Shown here piece after piece: positions 1 through 9,734 of a DNA stretch of 64,000 nucleotides (the stretch's first letter is position 1; each line of letters begins with the position of its first letter). The stretch is from positions 70,935 through 134,934 of the forward strand of contig JAURCP010000002.1 in assembly GCA_030828405.1 (NCBI GenBank), written 5' to 3'. Source of the stretch: Thermoplasmatota archaeon (GTDB taxonomy: Archaea > Thermoplasmatota > Poseidoniia > Poseidoniales > Thalassarchaeaceae). The position numbers were made by a program, and so were the translations under genes. The notes beneath the pieces were generated by a model. The model was not told where the DNA came from, ran no database searches, and saw nothing but the letters and a program-made list of their open reading frames with translations.

Positions 1-2
1 TT

Positions 3-1016
3 GTTTATACAAGAATAGGCGGGCCTGATTCAATCGAGATAATAAGTGAAAAATTAGAAAAAACTGTAGGGGGTCAGGTTAAAGTTAGAGTATATAGAGC
101 AGGAATAAATTTTGCAGATTTAATGATGAGACAGGGACTCTATGGAAGTAACCCTGATTTTCCATTCACGCCAGGATACGAAGTTTCAGGTATTATTATT
201 GAAATTGGTGAAGATGTAGAACACCTAGAAATTGGAGATAGAGTAATCGCAATGACTGGATTTGGAGGCTATGCAGAAGAGGTCATTGTTAGTTCGAATA
301 GAATATTACCTATCCCAGATAATATGAGTTTCGATAAAGCAGCGGCAATTCCAGTAACTTATGGGACCGCTTACCATATGCTAGTACATTTAGGAGGGAT
401 CAAAAGAGGAGATGCAATACTAATTCATCATGCAGCAGGAGGTGTTGGAACCGCAGCAGCACAAATATGCAAATCCTTCGGTGCAGAATTAATCATTGGA
501 ACCGCTTCGAAAACAAAAAAGGAATTTGTAGAATCAATGGGAATGTATTTTGTCGATAGAGATAACGAAGATTTTGTTAAAGTATGTAAAAAACTTACAG
601 ATGGTAAAGGAGTTCATCAGGCTATAGATCCTGTTGCAGGTAAGCATTTAATGAGATCTTATAATTCGCTGAGAAATGGCGGTAAACTACATTGTTTCGG
701 TGCATCTTCCGCGGTTCCTAAAGAAAAAAGATCAATTACTGCAGCTTTAAGAATGTGGATAAATACTCCGAAATTTAATCCAATGAAAATGATGAATTCA
801 AATAAGGCAATTTTTGGAGTACATATGGGAAGAATGGAAGATGAAGAAATTTTCAGAAAACATCTAAAGGATTTAACAGCGCTATTAGAGAAAGGAGAAA
901 TAAATCCAATTATTGACTCAGTATGGAGATTTGATGAAGTTTCGGGAGCGCAAAAACACATGCATCAAAGAAAAAATAAAGGTAAAGTTCTACTAGATTT
1001 TTCTCCTAAATATTGA
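3..1016 (+). CDS. Quinone oxidoreductase / Zn-alcohol-dehydrogenase-like protein (MDR superfamily), 5' end cut by window edge
   Basis: Frame 3 is open from nt 3 (VYTRIGGPDSIEII..VKVRVYRAGINFADLMMRQGLY), so the listed 123..1016 ORF starts at an internal Met. MDR hallmarks present: PFTPGYEVSG, GDRV, Rossmann AAGGVG, C-terminal KGKVLL. Confidence 0.8.
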   Translation, partial: VYTRIGGPDSIEIISEKLEKTVGGQVKVRVYRAGINFADLMMRQGLYGSNPDFPFTPGYEVSGIIIEIGEDVEHLEIGDRVIAMTGFGGYAEEVIVSSNRILPIPDNMSFDKAAAIPVTYGTAYHMLVHLGGIKRGDAILIHHAAGGVGTAAAQICKSFGAELIIGTASKTKKEFVESMGMYFVDRDNEDFVKVCKKLTDGKGVHQAIDPVAGKHLMRSYNSLRNGGKLHCFGASSAVPKEKRSITAALRMWINTPKFNPMKMMNSNKAIFGVHMGRMEDEEIFRKHLKDLTALLEKGEINPIIDSVWRFDEVSGAQKHMHQRKNKGKVLLDFSPKY

Positions 1017-1091
1017 ATTAAGAATCCATACTCTCATTATCATACAAGGACTTACTTTGCTGTAGTTAAGATGGTTTTTCCGGCACATTCT

Positions 1092-1502
1092 CTAAAGTTT
1101 AACTGGCCTAGTTGCACCACAAGCTTGACATTTCAGTAAAGTAGTTCTTTCTTCTTTCATGAAACGAGTATCTGGAGCTCTACATTGCCCACATAAAATA
1201 TATGATTTCACATATGAGACTATCTTCTCTTTAATTCTCTTTGGAGGGACCCTCCCCTTGAATAACACTCTTACTTGCTCTCTAGTTCCTGATGTTCCAA
1301 GTTCATTTATTAGGAACTGGTATACATGATTTGCATCTCTGTCCATTGCATCGACTATTGCAGCGAAATTTCTTAGGATAGTTTGATTACCCTCAATCAA
1401 TACCTCTGGCTCAGGCATTGTCCATCTAGATCTTTCACTAATATTTTTTGGAATACGTTCGCGTGCTCTTCCTAGCAATGATTCATACTCGAAGTCTTCC
1501 AT
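1092..1502 (-). CDS. eif2b: Translation initiation factor aIF-2 subunit beta
   Basis: YESLLGRARERIP N-terminus, central eIF2-beta/eIF5 core, C-terminal zinc ribbon (CGQC ... CQAC). Start placed at Met11 (MEDFEYE). The ORF-track start is 1532. Confidence 0.85.
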   Translation of the reverse strand: MEDFEYESLLGRARERIPKNISERSRWTMPEPEVLIEGNQTILRNFAAIVDAMDRDANHVYQFLINELGTSGTREQVRVLFKGRVPPKRIKEKIVSYVKSYILCGQCRAPDTRFMKEERTTLLKCQACGATRPVKL

Positions 1503-1591
1503 TGACCTTCCGAGAAGACTATCCCTTTTCACCCCACCGACTGGGAAACTCCAGTGATAAGCGTAAAATGCCGCCTTACTTAGGGAATGTC

Positions 1592-2041
1592 ATGGATGAA
1601 GTGATTGAGGTTAAAGTTGCAAGAACACATGAAGATGCATTACTGCCGACTAAAGGAAGTGTTCATGCGGCAGGATGGGATTTGTATTCACTTGAAGATA
1701 CTACTGTGAAACGTAGAAGTAGTACAATGGTTAGAACTGGATTACATGTTGCTATTCCTGAAGGATTTGAAGGACAAGTCAGAGCTCGTTCATCTCTCGG
1801 AAAAAAAGGCTTAATTCTCCCTCATAGCATAGGGACAATTGATGCAGATTACAGAGGAGAACTCTTTGTATTGATGACATGGATTGGAGAAGGTGATTCA
1901 TATTTGATACAGAAAAATGAAAGGATTGCACAATTATTGATAACTCCAATACCAAAATCTGAATTTATCGAAGTTGGTATAGAAAATCTAGGTGAGACCG
2001 AAAGAGGAGATGGTGGTTTCGGTTCTACAGGAAGATTTTAG
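1592..2041 (+). CDS. dut: dUTP diphosphatase (trimeric dUTPase)
   Basis: Motifs AAGWDL, GTIDADYRGEL, RGDGGFGSTG. Start moved to ATG 1592 (MDEVIEVKV) because the 5' part of the 1448 ORF overlaps the divergent eif2b gene. Confidence 0.9.
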   Translation: MDEVIEVKVARTHEDALLPTKGSVHAAGWDLYSLEDTTVKRRSSTMVRTGLHVAIPEGFEGQVRARSSLGKKGLILPHSIGTIDADYRGELFVLMTWIGEGDSYLIQKNERIAQLLITPIPKSEFIEVGIENLGETERGDGGFGSTGRF

Positions 2042-2113
2042 GCAATAAATACCAATAAAATAGATAGTTTTCATCCGATGGCTTGATACAGGACGGGATT
2101 TTAGGCCTATTTA

Positions 2114-2707
2114 ATGCCACTTAGCGTAGACGAGCTTCGAGCCAAAGTAAAACAACACCGTAGTAACGGTTTAAACACACAGCAAATTGCTGATGAACTG
2201 TCATTATCTCAAACAACAATTCAATGGTTATCTACAGAAGAATATTCCAACAACACAACCTCTGATGATAGACCTACTGACGTACAAGTGGGTTGGAGAT
2301 CTGTGGCAGTAAAGGCAAGTAGAATCGAAGCAATATCGTATATATTTGCAGATATCATAGAGGAAGAAATTGGAGATGAAATTGATACTATTGTTGGAAT
2401 TAGTATCAATGGGATTCCCTTTGCTCAAGCAATTGCTGGACAATTAGATTTAGATTTAGCAGTTAGCCGCTCAATTAGTGAAGAAGAAGGTGCACATATT
2501 TCCGAAATATTTGCCTCCGTTTCTGGTAAACAGGTTGTTGTAGTAGACGATGTAGTTTCATCTGGTACAACATTAAAAAAGACAATTAAGAATCTCAGAA
2601 ATGCAGGTGCTGAGGTAAAACTCTGCCTAGTACTGGCAAACAAATCAGAAGCCAATGCACTTGAGGGGGTACCCCTTAGAGGACTGGTTAGAGTAGTTAC
2701 TGTTTGA
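2114..2707 (+). CDS. gfcR: Orotate phosphoribosyltransferase-like regulator (N-terminal HTH + PRTase domain, GfcR family)
   Basis: N-terminal HTH-like segment (LNTQQIADELSLSQTTIQWL) followed by a PRPP-binding loop VVVVDDVVSSGTTL. Confidence 0.6.
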   Translation: MPLSVDELRAKVKQHRSNGLNTQQIADELSLSQTTIQWLSTEEYSNNTTSDDRPTDVQVGWRSVAVKASRIEAISYIFADIIEEEIGDEIDTIVGISINGIPFAQAIAGQLDLDLAVSRSISEEEGAHISEIFASVSGKQVVVVDDVVSSGTTLKKTIKNLRNAGAEVKLCLVLANKSEANALEGVPLRGLVRVVTV

Positions 2708-2716
2708 GGTAGGATT

Positions 2717-4294
2717 ATGCATTGGGCAGATCATACCGCACAGCGGCTATCTGAAAAATATGACTCGCAAGTGATAGCTTCAGGGATTACGCCTTCAGGA
2801 GAATTTCACATTGGCCATCTCAGAGAAATTTTGACCGCCGAGATGATTCATAGAGCATGTCTTGACGCTGGAGAAAAATCTGAATATATATTCATAGTTG
2901 ATTCGATGGATCCTTTGAGAAGAGTATATGATTTCCTCTCAGATGATTATGAAAAATACATAGGTTGCCCTTTAGCAAATATCCCTTCTCCGAATCCTGA
3001 TGGGACTCCAAATTATGATGGAGAGAGTTATGCAATACACTTCTTAAATCCATTTTTGGATGCATTGAAACAGATAGGAGTTAATCCAGTAGTAGTTATG
3101 AATCATGAGACATATGACAATGGATTATTTGCAGAAAAAATAGATATTGCAATTAAAAGAAGAAAAGAAATACGTAATGTTATTGAAGAAATTTCAAGTA
3201 GAGAATTGCCAGAAGAATGGTACCCATACAATCCTATTGGTAGTGATGGTAGTATGGATGGAGTAGTAATAACAAGTTATGAAAAACCGTTTGTTTATTG
3301 GATTGACCGCGATGGAGTTAGTGGAAAATCAGATATTAGGAAGGCAGAAGGAAAAATGCCTTGGAGAGTAGATTGGGCTGCGAAATGGGGGGTACATGGA
3401 ATCACTTGTGAACCGGCTGGCAAAGATCATGGAGCAGCGGGTGGTAGTTTCGACACTGGAATACCAATTTGTAGAATACTAGGTAGTGAGCCTCCAGGGA
3501 AAATGGTCTATGAATGGATTCAGCTCAAAGGTTCAGGGCCAATGTCGAGTTCAACTGGTAATACAATAGGTCCTATAGAAGCCTTGAGTTTAGTTCCACC
3601 AGAAATATTGAGATATGTAATTGCAAGAACTAAAATAAAAAAGCATATTGATTTTGATACAGGGCCATCACTCTTTGAAACAGCAGATGAATATGAGAGA
3701 TTAGTTTCAAACCCTCCCAAAGACGATGAATTGAATAAAAAGAAAAAAGTAGCTAGAGACACTGCATTGGGTGCATTGAGATTGAGTCAGGTAAAAAGAG
3801 GAGAAGATGCAATTCTATCGACAGCAGGAGTCTCGTTTAGACACTTAGCAATGTTAGCACAAATAAAATCCAGTGATAAAGACATATGGAACTCATTGAA
3901 TAGAAGTCAACATCTTGACGGAGAACCTAACGAAGTTCTGATTAATAGACTAACAAGGATGAGATACTGGATAAATAGTAAGCACTTTCCAGAAAATGCA
4001 AGGATTAAAATTCAAGACTCGCTTACTGAAGAGAATAAGAAGAAAATTAGTAATGAGCAGAGTAAATTTCTAAAATTATTATTCACTAGATTAGAAGAAA
4101 TAGAATGGAATGATATTGAAATCAATGAGAATATTAGGTCTGTTTCATCAGAAATTGAACTGAACAGAAGAGATGCATATATCGCACTCTACATTCTAAT
4201 TTTAGGTTCCGAAAACGGACCTAGAATCGCTTCAATAATGAATGAAATTGGTAAGGAAAGAACGATTGAAATATTCTCAAAATCCTTGCAATAA
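2717..4294 (+). CDS. lysK: Lysine--tRNA ligase, class I
   Basis: HIGH-type motif GEFHIGHLRE and KMSKS-type motif GPMSSSTGN. The 525-aa length is typical of archaeal class I LysRS. Confidence 0.9.
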   Translation: MHWADHTAQRLSEKYDSQVIASGITPSGEFHIGHLREILTAEMIHRACLDAGEKSEYIFIVDSMDPLRRVYDFLSDDYEKYIGCPLANIPSPNPDGTPNYDGESYAIHFLNPFLDALKQIGVNPVVVMNHETYDNGLFAEKIDIAIKRRKEIRNVIEEISSRELPEEWYPYNPIGSDGSMDGVVITSYEKPFVYWIDRDGVSGKSDIRKAEGKMPWRVDWAAKWGVHGITCEPAGKDHGAAGGSFDTGIPICRILGSEPPGKMVYEWIQLKGSGPMSSSTGNTIGPIEALSLVPPEILRYVIARTKIKKHIDFDTGPSLFETADEYERLVSNPPKDDELNKKKKVARDTALGALRLSQVKRGEDAILSTAGVSFRHLAMLAQIKSSDKDIWNSLNRSQHLDGEPNEVLINRLTRMRYWINSKHFPENARIKIQDSLTEENKKKISNEQSKFLKLLFTRLEEIEWNDIEINENIRSVSSEIELNRRDAYIALYILILGSENGPRIASIMNEIGKERTIEIFSKSLQ

Positions 4295-6295
4295 ACTAGT
4301 AAAAATTTCTGAAGTAGGTCCTTTTGATCTAGAAGCCAGTCTCCTAACAATTAATTCGGGTGTAGATTTAGCAAGATGATTTCTTTTAGGATTTCTGTCA
4401 ACAATCAAATCCATATTCTCATCGAGACCTTGGGCTTCTATTCCATCAATTCTTACGTCTCCACCCATCACCTCTGAAATCGAATTTCCTATGTGAGTAA
4501 CTAATAAAATATTGGTGTCAGGATTGTTTTTCGAAGATTTGAGTAGCCCTCCTAAGATTAATGACGCGGCACCCGGTTCCGTTATTGCTTCTAATTCATC
4601 AGCTAAAATTATTTTTCTTTCACTTGAGACTAAAACCTCAGCTAATTTATTTAACGTTCTTTCCAAAGCACCGGCAGATTGTGTCCCAGAAACTTTTGCA
4701 AGAATATGTAGTTCGTCAAGAAGCCCAATTTTTGCGTTACAAGCAGGTACAGGAAGTCCGGAATGAGAAAGAAGAATCATTGACGCAAGAGTTTCTAAAA
4801 GAGTCGTTTTACCGCCAGAGTTGGCACCGGAAAGTAATGCTGTTCTTTCTCTTTCTCCTTCTGGAGATACTTCGCCTAATCCATAAGTAACAGGGTCTGA
4901 TTCACAACCTAATAGTAAATGTCGACCGTCTTTCATCCATACTCCGGGATTATCAAGAGAAATTTTGGGCATGGTACAGCGATTAGAAATTGCCCATTGC
5001 CCTATACCTAACCACATATCTATTTCTATAAATTTGGATATGGCTTTTCGAGATTTTTTCATTATATTGACAGTAGAAATTGCAATGGAAATCTCGCCCT
5101 CACTCCTTTCTGATTTTATTGCATTTTCTAGCGCATCATCGATTAATTCTATTGCATCTCTGTTTACTACGCATGGATATTCACTAGAAAAAATATCATT
5201 TGGTAAATCTATATCTGAACTTTCAAGATAAAATGATAGTTTCCTCTTACCCTCTTGTAATGCGAAGTCAATAGTATCTGCAATTGTACTTTTCAATCGT
5301 CTTTCAAGACCTGAAATATCAGAATAATATGAAAGAACCTCATCTCCATCAAATGATAATTTAGATTGAGAGGTGCCGGAAACAATTGCATCATTTACTG
5401 ATTCTTCTATTGACTTAATTTGACTCCATAAATTATCGCGCAATTTTTCAAGATTCTCAAGATTTGTTGATTCATTCTCTAAAGATTGTAATAATAATGA
5501 TAATTCTCCGAGTTCTTCTAAGTGCTCTGAAATTGATTGCCCAATGTGATTAATTGGCCATACTTGGTCGTATAACTCTGCTAAAATGGAAAGATTATTT
5601 CTATTTATTTGAAGCCATTCAAGAGGAACTTCTGGAACTAATTCATACAACGAATCACTTGTTTTTCCAATTATCCATCCAGTAGGTAATTTATCAGGTC
5701 CATCTTTTCCAATCCATGTCACCCTATTCAAGCCTAGATAATCTTTCCAAATTTCATCATTTGATCTGACTAAAATTCTACATTTTTTTTCTACATGTTT
5801 TAAATTTTTTAATTCTGTAGTATTTGGAACAACGATTACCCTATCAATTCTAGAAGTTGGCTCCCTTGTGTAACATAAACCAGAAATGTAATTTTTCCAA
5901 ATCTCGAAAGATGAATGATTCTGGGTGATGAATCTAATGGCATTTATACAACTATTTCTTCTAGATTCAATCTCAACTATACTATTACGAGGTAAGGGAG
6001 TTAATATTGAAAGCCTCTCTTTAGCTGATCTAGTAATGACATAATCGGAAATATTATTGATTAAATCTTTGTGTAATTTTTTACCCTCATCAGTAGTAGT
6101 AATGTCACTGTAATTATTATTTGCTAAATTGATTAATTTGACTGCTCTTTGAGGAGAGATACCTTCAATACTAGAAAGTGCACTGACATCTCCATCCATG
6201 ATTACACGTTCTACATCTGCCAAAGAACCTATTTCAAAAATCAATTTTTCAGCCAGAGAATCGCCAACACCGGGTATTTCTTTCAAGCTCAGCAT
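4277..6295 (-). CDS. MutS-related ATPase with N-terminal helix-hairpin-helix pair (archaeal MutS2/MutS5-like)
   Basis: N-terminal HhH motifs (IPGVGDSLAEKL, IEGISPQRAVKL). C-terminal MutS-type ABC ATPase: Walker A GANSGGKTT, Walker B ILADELE, LVTHIG. Its 3' end overlaps lysK convergently by 18 nt. Confidence 0.7.
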   Translation of the reverse strand: MLSLKEIPGVGDSLAEKLIFEIGSLADVERVIMDGDVSALSSIEGISPQRAVKLINLANNNYSDITTTDEGKKLHKDLINNISDYVITRSAKERLSILTPLPRNSIVEIESRRNSCINAIRFITQNHSSFEIWKNYISGLCYTREPTSRIDRVIVVPNTTELKNLKHVEKKCRILVRSNDEIWKDYLGLNRVTWIGKDGPDKLPTGWIIGKTSDSLYELVPEVPLEWLQINRNNLSILAELYDQVWPINHIGQSISEHLEELGELSLLLQSLENESTNLENLEKLRDNLWSQIKSIEESVNDAIVSGTSQSKLSFDGDEVLSYYSDISGLERRLKSTIADTIDFALQEGKRKLSFYLESSDIDLPNDIFSSEYPCVVNRDAIELIDDALENAIKSERSEGEISIAISTVNIMKKSRKAISKFIEIDMWLGIGQWAISNRCTMPKISLDNPGVWMKDGRHLLLGCESDPVTYGLGEVSPEGERERTALLSGANSGGKTTLLETLASMILLSHSGLPVPACNAKIGLLDELHILAKVSGTQSAGALERTLNKLAEVLVSSERKIILADELEAITEPGAASLILGGLLKSSKNNPDTNILLVTHIGNSISEVMGGDVRIDGIEAQGLDENMDLIVDRNPKRNHLAKSTPELIVRRLASRSKGPTSEIFTSLLQGF

Positions 6296-6368
6296 AATTT
6301 ACCTCGATAATTCTAGGTAATTAAGGAAATCGCAATTTCACAAAAATAACTATGATTTTGATAGAAAA

Positions 6369-9300
6369 CTAAAGTGAACGAATATTCAGTAATCTTGGTT
6401 CAGGTATTCCATCCATCGCTTCCGCTATAGCAAGTACTTCCATTCTTGCACCCGCCATGGTTGTTACAAATGGAATATTTAGTTCAACGGCTAATCTTCT
6501 CATCATATTCCCATCAAGTACTGCGCCACCAGTATTCCTTGGAGTATTAATAATAAGTTGAATTTTACCCTGTCTCATTAAGTCTAAAGCATCTGGGCTT
6601 AAACCTTCAGTAATCCTATAACAGGTTTCAACATCTAATCCTCCTTTTTCACGAAGAACACTAGCTGTACCACTAGTAGCATATATCTTAAACCCTAATT
6701 CAATTAGTGTTTTAGCCTGATTAATTATTGAGTCTTTGTCTGAATCTTTTACAGTAATATAAACGCCACCTTCAGTAGGAACTGGCGATTCAGTGGCTAA
6801 CCGAGCTTTAAGATAAGCTGCAGATGCTCTTTCATGGCTTCCCATCACTTCTCCTGTTGACTTCATTTCAGGTCCTGGAGCTGGATCTAGCCCTCTAAGT
6901 TTGATAAAGGGAAACACTGGTGCTTTAACACACACAGCCTCATCTTGGCGTTCAGGAATATTGAGGTTGCATAATTTTTCACCTAAAGCCACCATAGCTG
7001 CAATTCTTGCTAATGGTACTCCGGTAGCCTTTGCTACGAATGGGAAGGTTCTAGAGCCTCTTGGATTTACCTCTAAAACATATAATGTCTTATCTCTAAT
7101 TGCGAATTGAATATTATAACATCCGACTATTCCAAGTTCTAAACCAATCTTCCTAGTCCACTCTTCGACTTGTTTCAACACATCATCAGATACATTTTGT
7201 GGAGGGATAAAGCAAGTTGAGTCTCCAGAATGAATACCTGCTTCTTCTAAATGTTCCATTATTGCCCCCAACAATACTTCTCTTCCATCAGAAACCGCAT
7301 CTACATCAAGTTCTATTGCATTACCAAGATACTCGTCAACTAACAAAGGTCTTTCTGGTGACAAGAAAGCATCCTGCATATAGGATTCTAATTGGCGATT
7401 TGAAGAAAGAATTTCCATTCCTCTTCCACCAAGTACATACGAGGGCCTAATAAGGACAGGATATCCGATTTCTCTAACTGCTTCACGGACTTGATCAGGA
7501 CTTGATGCTGTCATTCCATTTGGCATTCGCAAATCATTTCTTTGAGCAAATGATTCAAATCTCTCTCTATCACTAGCCTCATCAACAGCTTCGGGAGTAG
7601 TTCCTTCCATAATTAAGTCAAGACCCAAAGAGGATAAATGCGGTAAATTATTTGAAAGTGGTAAAGCAAGATTAATTGCTGTTTGACCCCCAAACTGCAA
7701 TAAAATCCCATGCGCATCTTCGCGAAGTAATATTTCGCTGACTGATTCCAATGTAAGTGGGTCAAAGTATAGCCTATCACTAGTATCAAAATCAGTTGAA
7801 ACCGTTTCAGGATTATTATTTATTATTATAGCCTCATGACCTAAGTCTTGTATGGCGCCAACGGCATGTACACAACCATAATCAAATTCTATTCCTTGAC
7901 CTATACGAATTGGGCCTGAGCCGATTACTACTATTCTTCGCTTCTTTCTCAAGCTTAGATTTGGCACATAGTCAATCCCTATTGATTCAGAACCACACTC
8001 ATAAGTTGTGTAATAATATGGAGTAACAGCAGCAAATTCAGCAGCACATGAATCTACCATTCTAAATCTTGGATGTATAGAAAGTTCATGTCTACGTGCT
8101 GTAACCGCAAATTCATCTCTCCCGACTGTTAGTTGCTTAAAACCAGTTACTGGGAATCCTGACAATGCATCTGCAATATGTAAATCTGTAAAACCACAAC
8201 CTTTCCAATAGCGCATCTCTTCAGATTGGATATCAGAAGGAGTCATTCCTAATTCGCCAGCAGCCCTAATCTCTGTTTCTACGGCTGCCATTTTCTCAAA
8301 ACGATGTAAAAACCAGCGAGTTACTCCTCCGGTTAAATCACGTACATCTTCTACAGAATAGCCTCTTCTAAATGCCTCAAAAAGTGCCCCCATTCTTCTA
8401 TCAGTAGGGATTCTTAACCAATCTACCAACATCGCTTCAGGCAATGGTTGTGAGGCCCTTTCGTCCATTGTCTCACCTCCTGATGCATCTGCCAATGTCA
8501 GAGGCCTAGGATGTGGTTGACCATATTCTAAACTCGCCCATGCTTTGAGAAAGGCCTCTTCAAAGCAACGGCCAATTGCCATCACCTCGCCAGTAGATTT
8601 CATTGAAGTCCCAATTGTCCTATCTGCGGTTCTAAATTTATCAAAGGGCCATCGAGGAATTTTCACCACACAATAATCTAGAGTTGGTTCAAAGGCAGCA
8701 GTAGTACCTTCACCAGTAATCGGATTTGGCAATTCATCAAGAGTATATCCTACTGCGATTAAAGCAGCCATTCTAGCAATTGGGTAACCAGTTGCTTTAG
8801 ATGCTAAGGCAGAAGAACGAGAAACTCTTGGATTGACTTCTATCACTCTATATTCACCATTACTTTGATCTACAGCAAATTGGACATTACAGCCGCCTTT
8901 GATATTCAATCGACGAATTAATTTTAAAGCAGCATTTCTTAACTTTTGATGATCTCTATCTGAAAGAGTTTGTTGCGGTGCAACAACCACTGATTCACCC
9001 GTATGGACTCCCATAGGATCTAAATTTTCCATAGTACATACAATAATCGCATTATCAGCATCATCTCTCATAACTTCATATTCATGTTCTTGCCATCCGA
9101 GAATACTAACTTCAATCAATACCTGACCAATGGCAGAATGTAATATCCCTTGGCTGGCAATTTCCACTAGTTCACCCATATTAAATGCGGTTCCACCTCC
9201 CAAACCCCCTAGTGTAAAAGCGGGTCTGATTAAAAGTGGGAAAACACCCAATGTATTTGCCGCTTGAATTACTTCATCGATAGAATCACAAGCTATTGCT

Positions 9301-9734
9301 TTGCAAACTGGAAGGTCAATCTCTTCACAGACTTTTTTGAATAGGTCTCTATCTTCGGCTTCATCAATTGATGCTAAATTGCAGCCAATTAACTCAACAC
9401 CAAGCTCATCTAAGGAACCATCATGCGCCAAAGCCATAGCTATATTCAAGGCGGTTTGACCACCCATGCCTGCAAGAATTGCATCAGGCTTTTCGATTTC
9501 TAAAATACGCTTAACAACTTCTGGTAATAATGGCTCGATATATATTCTATCAGCCATTTCAGGATCATTTTGTATAGTGGCGGGGTTTGAATTGATTAGA
9601 ATCACTTCATAGCCGTCATCTCTAAGCGCCCTACAAGCTTGAGAACCTGAAAAATCAAACTCCGCTGCTTGTCCAATTCGAATAGGTCCACTTCCAAGAA
9701 TAACTATTCGTTCCAAATCATCTCTTCGAGGCAC
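6369..9734 (-). CDS. carB: Carbamoyl-phosphate synthase large subunit
   Basis: 1121 aa with two ATP-grasp halves (RIVILGSGPIRIGQAAEFDFSG and RIVVIGSGPIRIGQGIEFDYG) plus an MGS-like C-terminus. The GTG start overlaps the carA stop (TAGTG). Confidence 0.97.
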   Translation of the reverse strand: MPRRDDLERIVILGSGPIRIGQAAEFDFSGSQACRALRDDGYEVILINSNPATIQNDPEMADRIYIEPLLPEVVKRILEIEKPDAILAGMGGQTALNIAMALAHDGSLDELGVELIGCNLASIDEAEDRDLFKKVCEEIDLPVCKAIACDSIDEVIQAANTLGVFPLLIRPAFTLGGLGGGTAFNMGELVEIASQGILHSAIGQVLIEVSILGWQEHEYEVMRDDADNAIIVCTMENLDPMGVHTGESVVVAPQQTLSDRDHQKLRNAALKLIRRLNIKGGCNVQFAVDQSNGEYRVIEVNPRVSRSSALASKATGYPIARMAALIAVGYTLDELPNPITGEGTTAAFEPTLDYCVVKIPRWPFDKFRTADRTIGTSMKSTGEVMAIGRCFEEAFLKAWASLEYGQPHPRPLTLADASGGETMDERASQPLPEAMLVDWLRIPTDRRMGALFEAFRRGYSVEDVRDLTGGVTRWFLHRFEKMAAVETEIRAAGELGMTPSDIQSEEMRYWKGCGFTDLHIADALSGFPVTGFKQLTVGRDEFAVTARRHELSIHPRFRMVDSCAAEFAAVTPYYYTTYECGSESIGIDYVPNLSLRKKRRIVVIGSGPIRIGQGIEFDYGCVHAVGAIQDLGHEAIIINNNPETVSTDFDTSDRLYFDPLTLESVSEILLREDAHGILLQFGGQTAINLALPLSNNLPHLSSLGLDLIMEGTTPEAVDEASDRERFESFAQRNDLRMPNGMTASSPDQVREAVREIGYPVLIRPSYVLGGRGMEILSSNRQLESYMQDAFLSPERPLLVDEYLGNAIELDVDAVSDGREVLLGAIMEHLEEAGIHSGDSTCFIPPQNVSDDVLKQVEEWTRKIGLELGIVGCYNIQFAIRDKTLYVLEVNPRGSRTFPFVAKATGVPLARIAAMVALGEKLCNLNIPERQDEAVCVKAPVFPFIKLRGLDPAPGPEMKSTGEVMGSHERASAAYLKARLATESPVPTEGGVYITVKDSDKDSIINQAKTLIELGFKIYATSGTASVLREKGGLDVETCYRITEGLSPDALDLMRQGKIQLIINTPRNTGGAVLDGNMMRRLAVELNIPFVTTMAGARMEVLAIAEAMDGIPEPRLLNIRSL

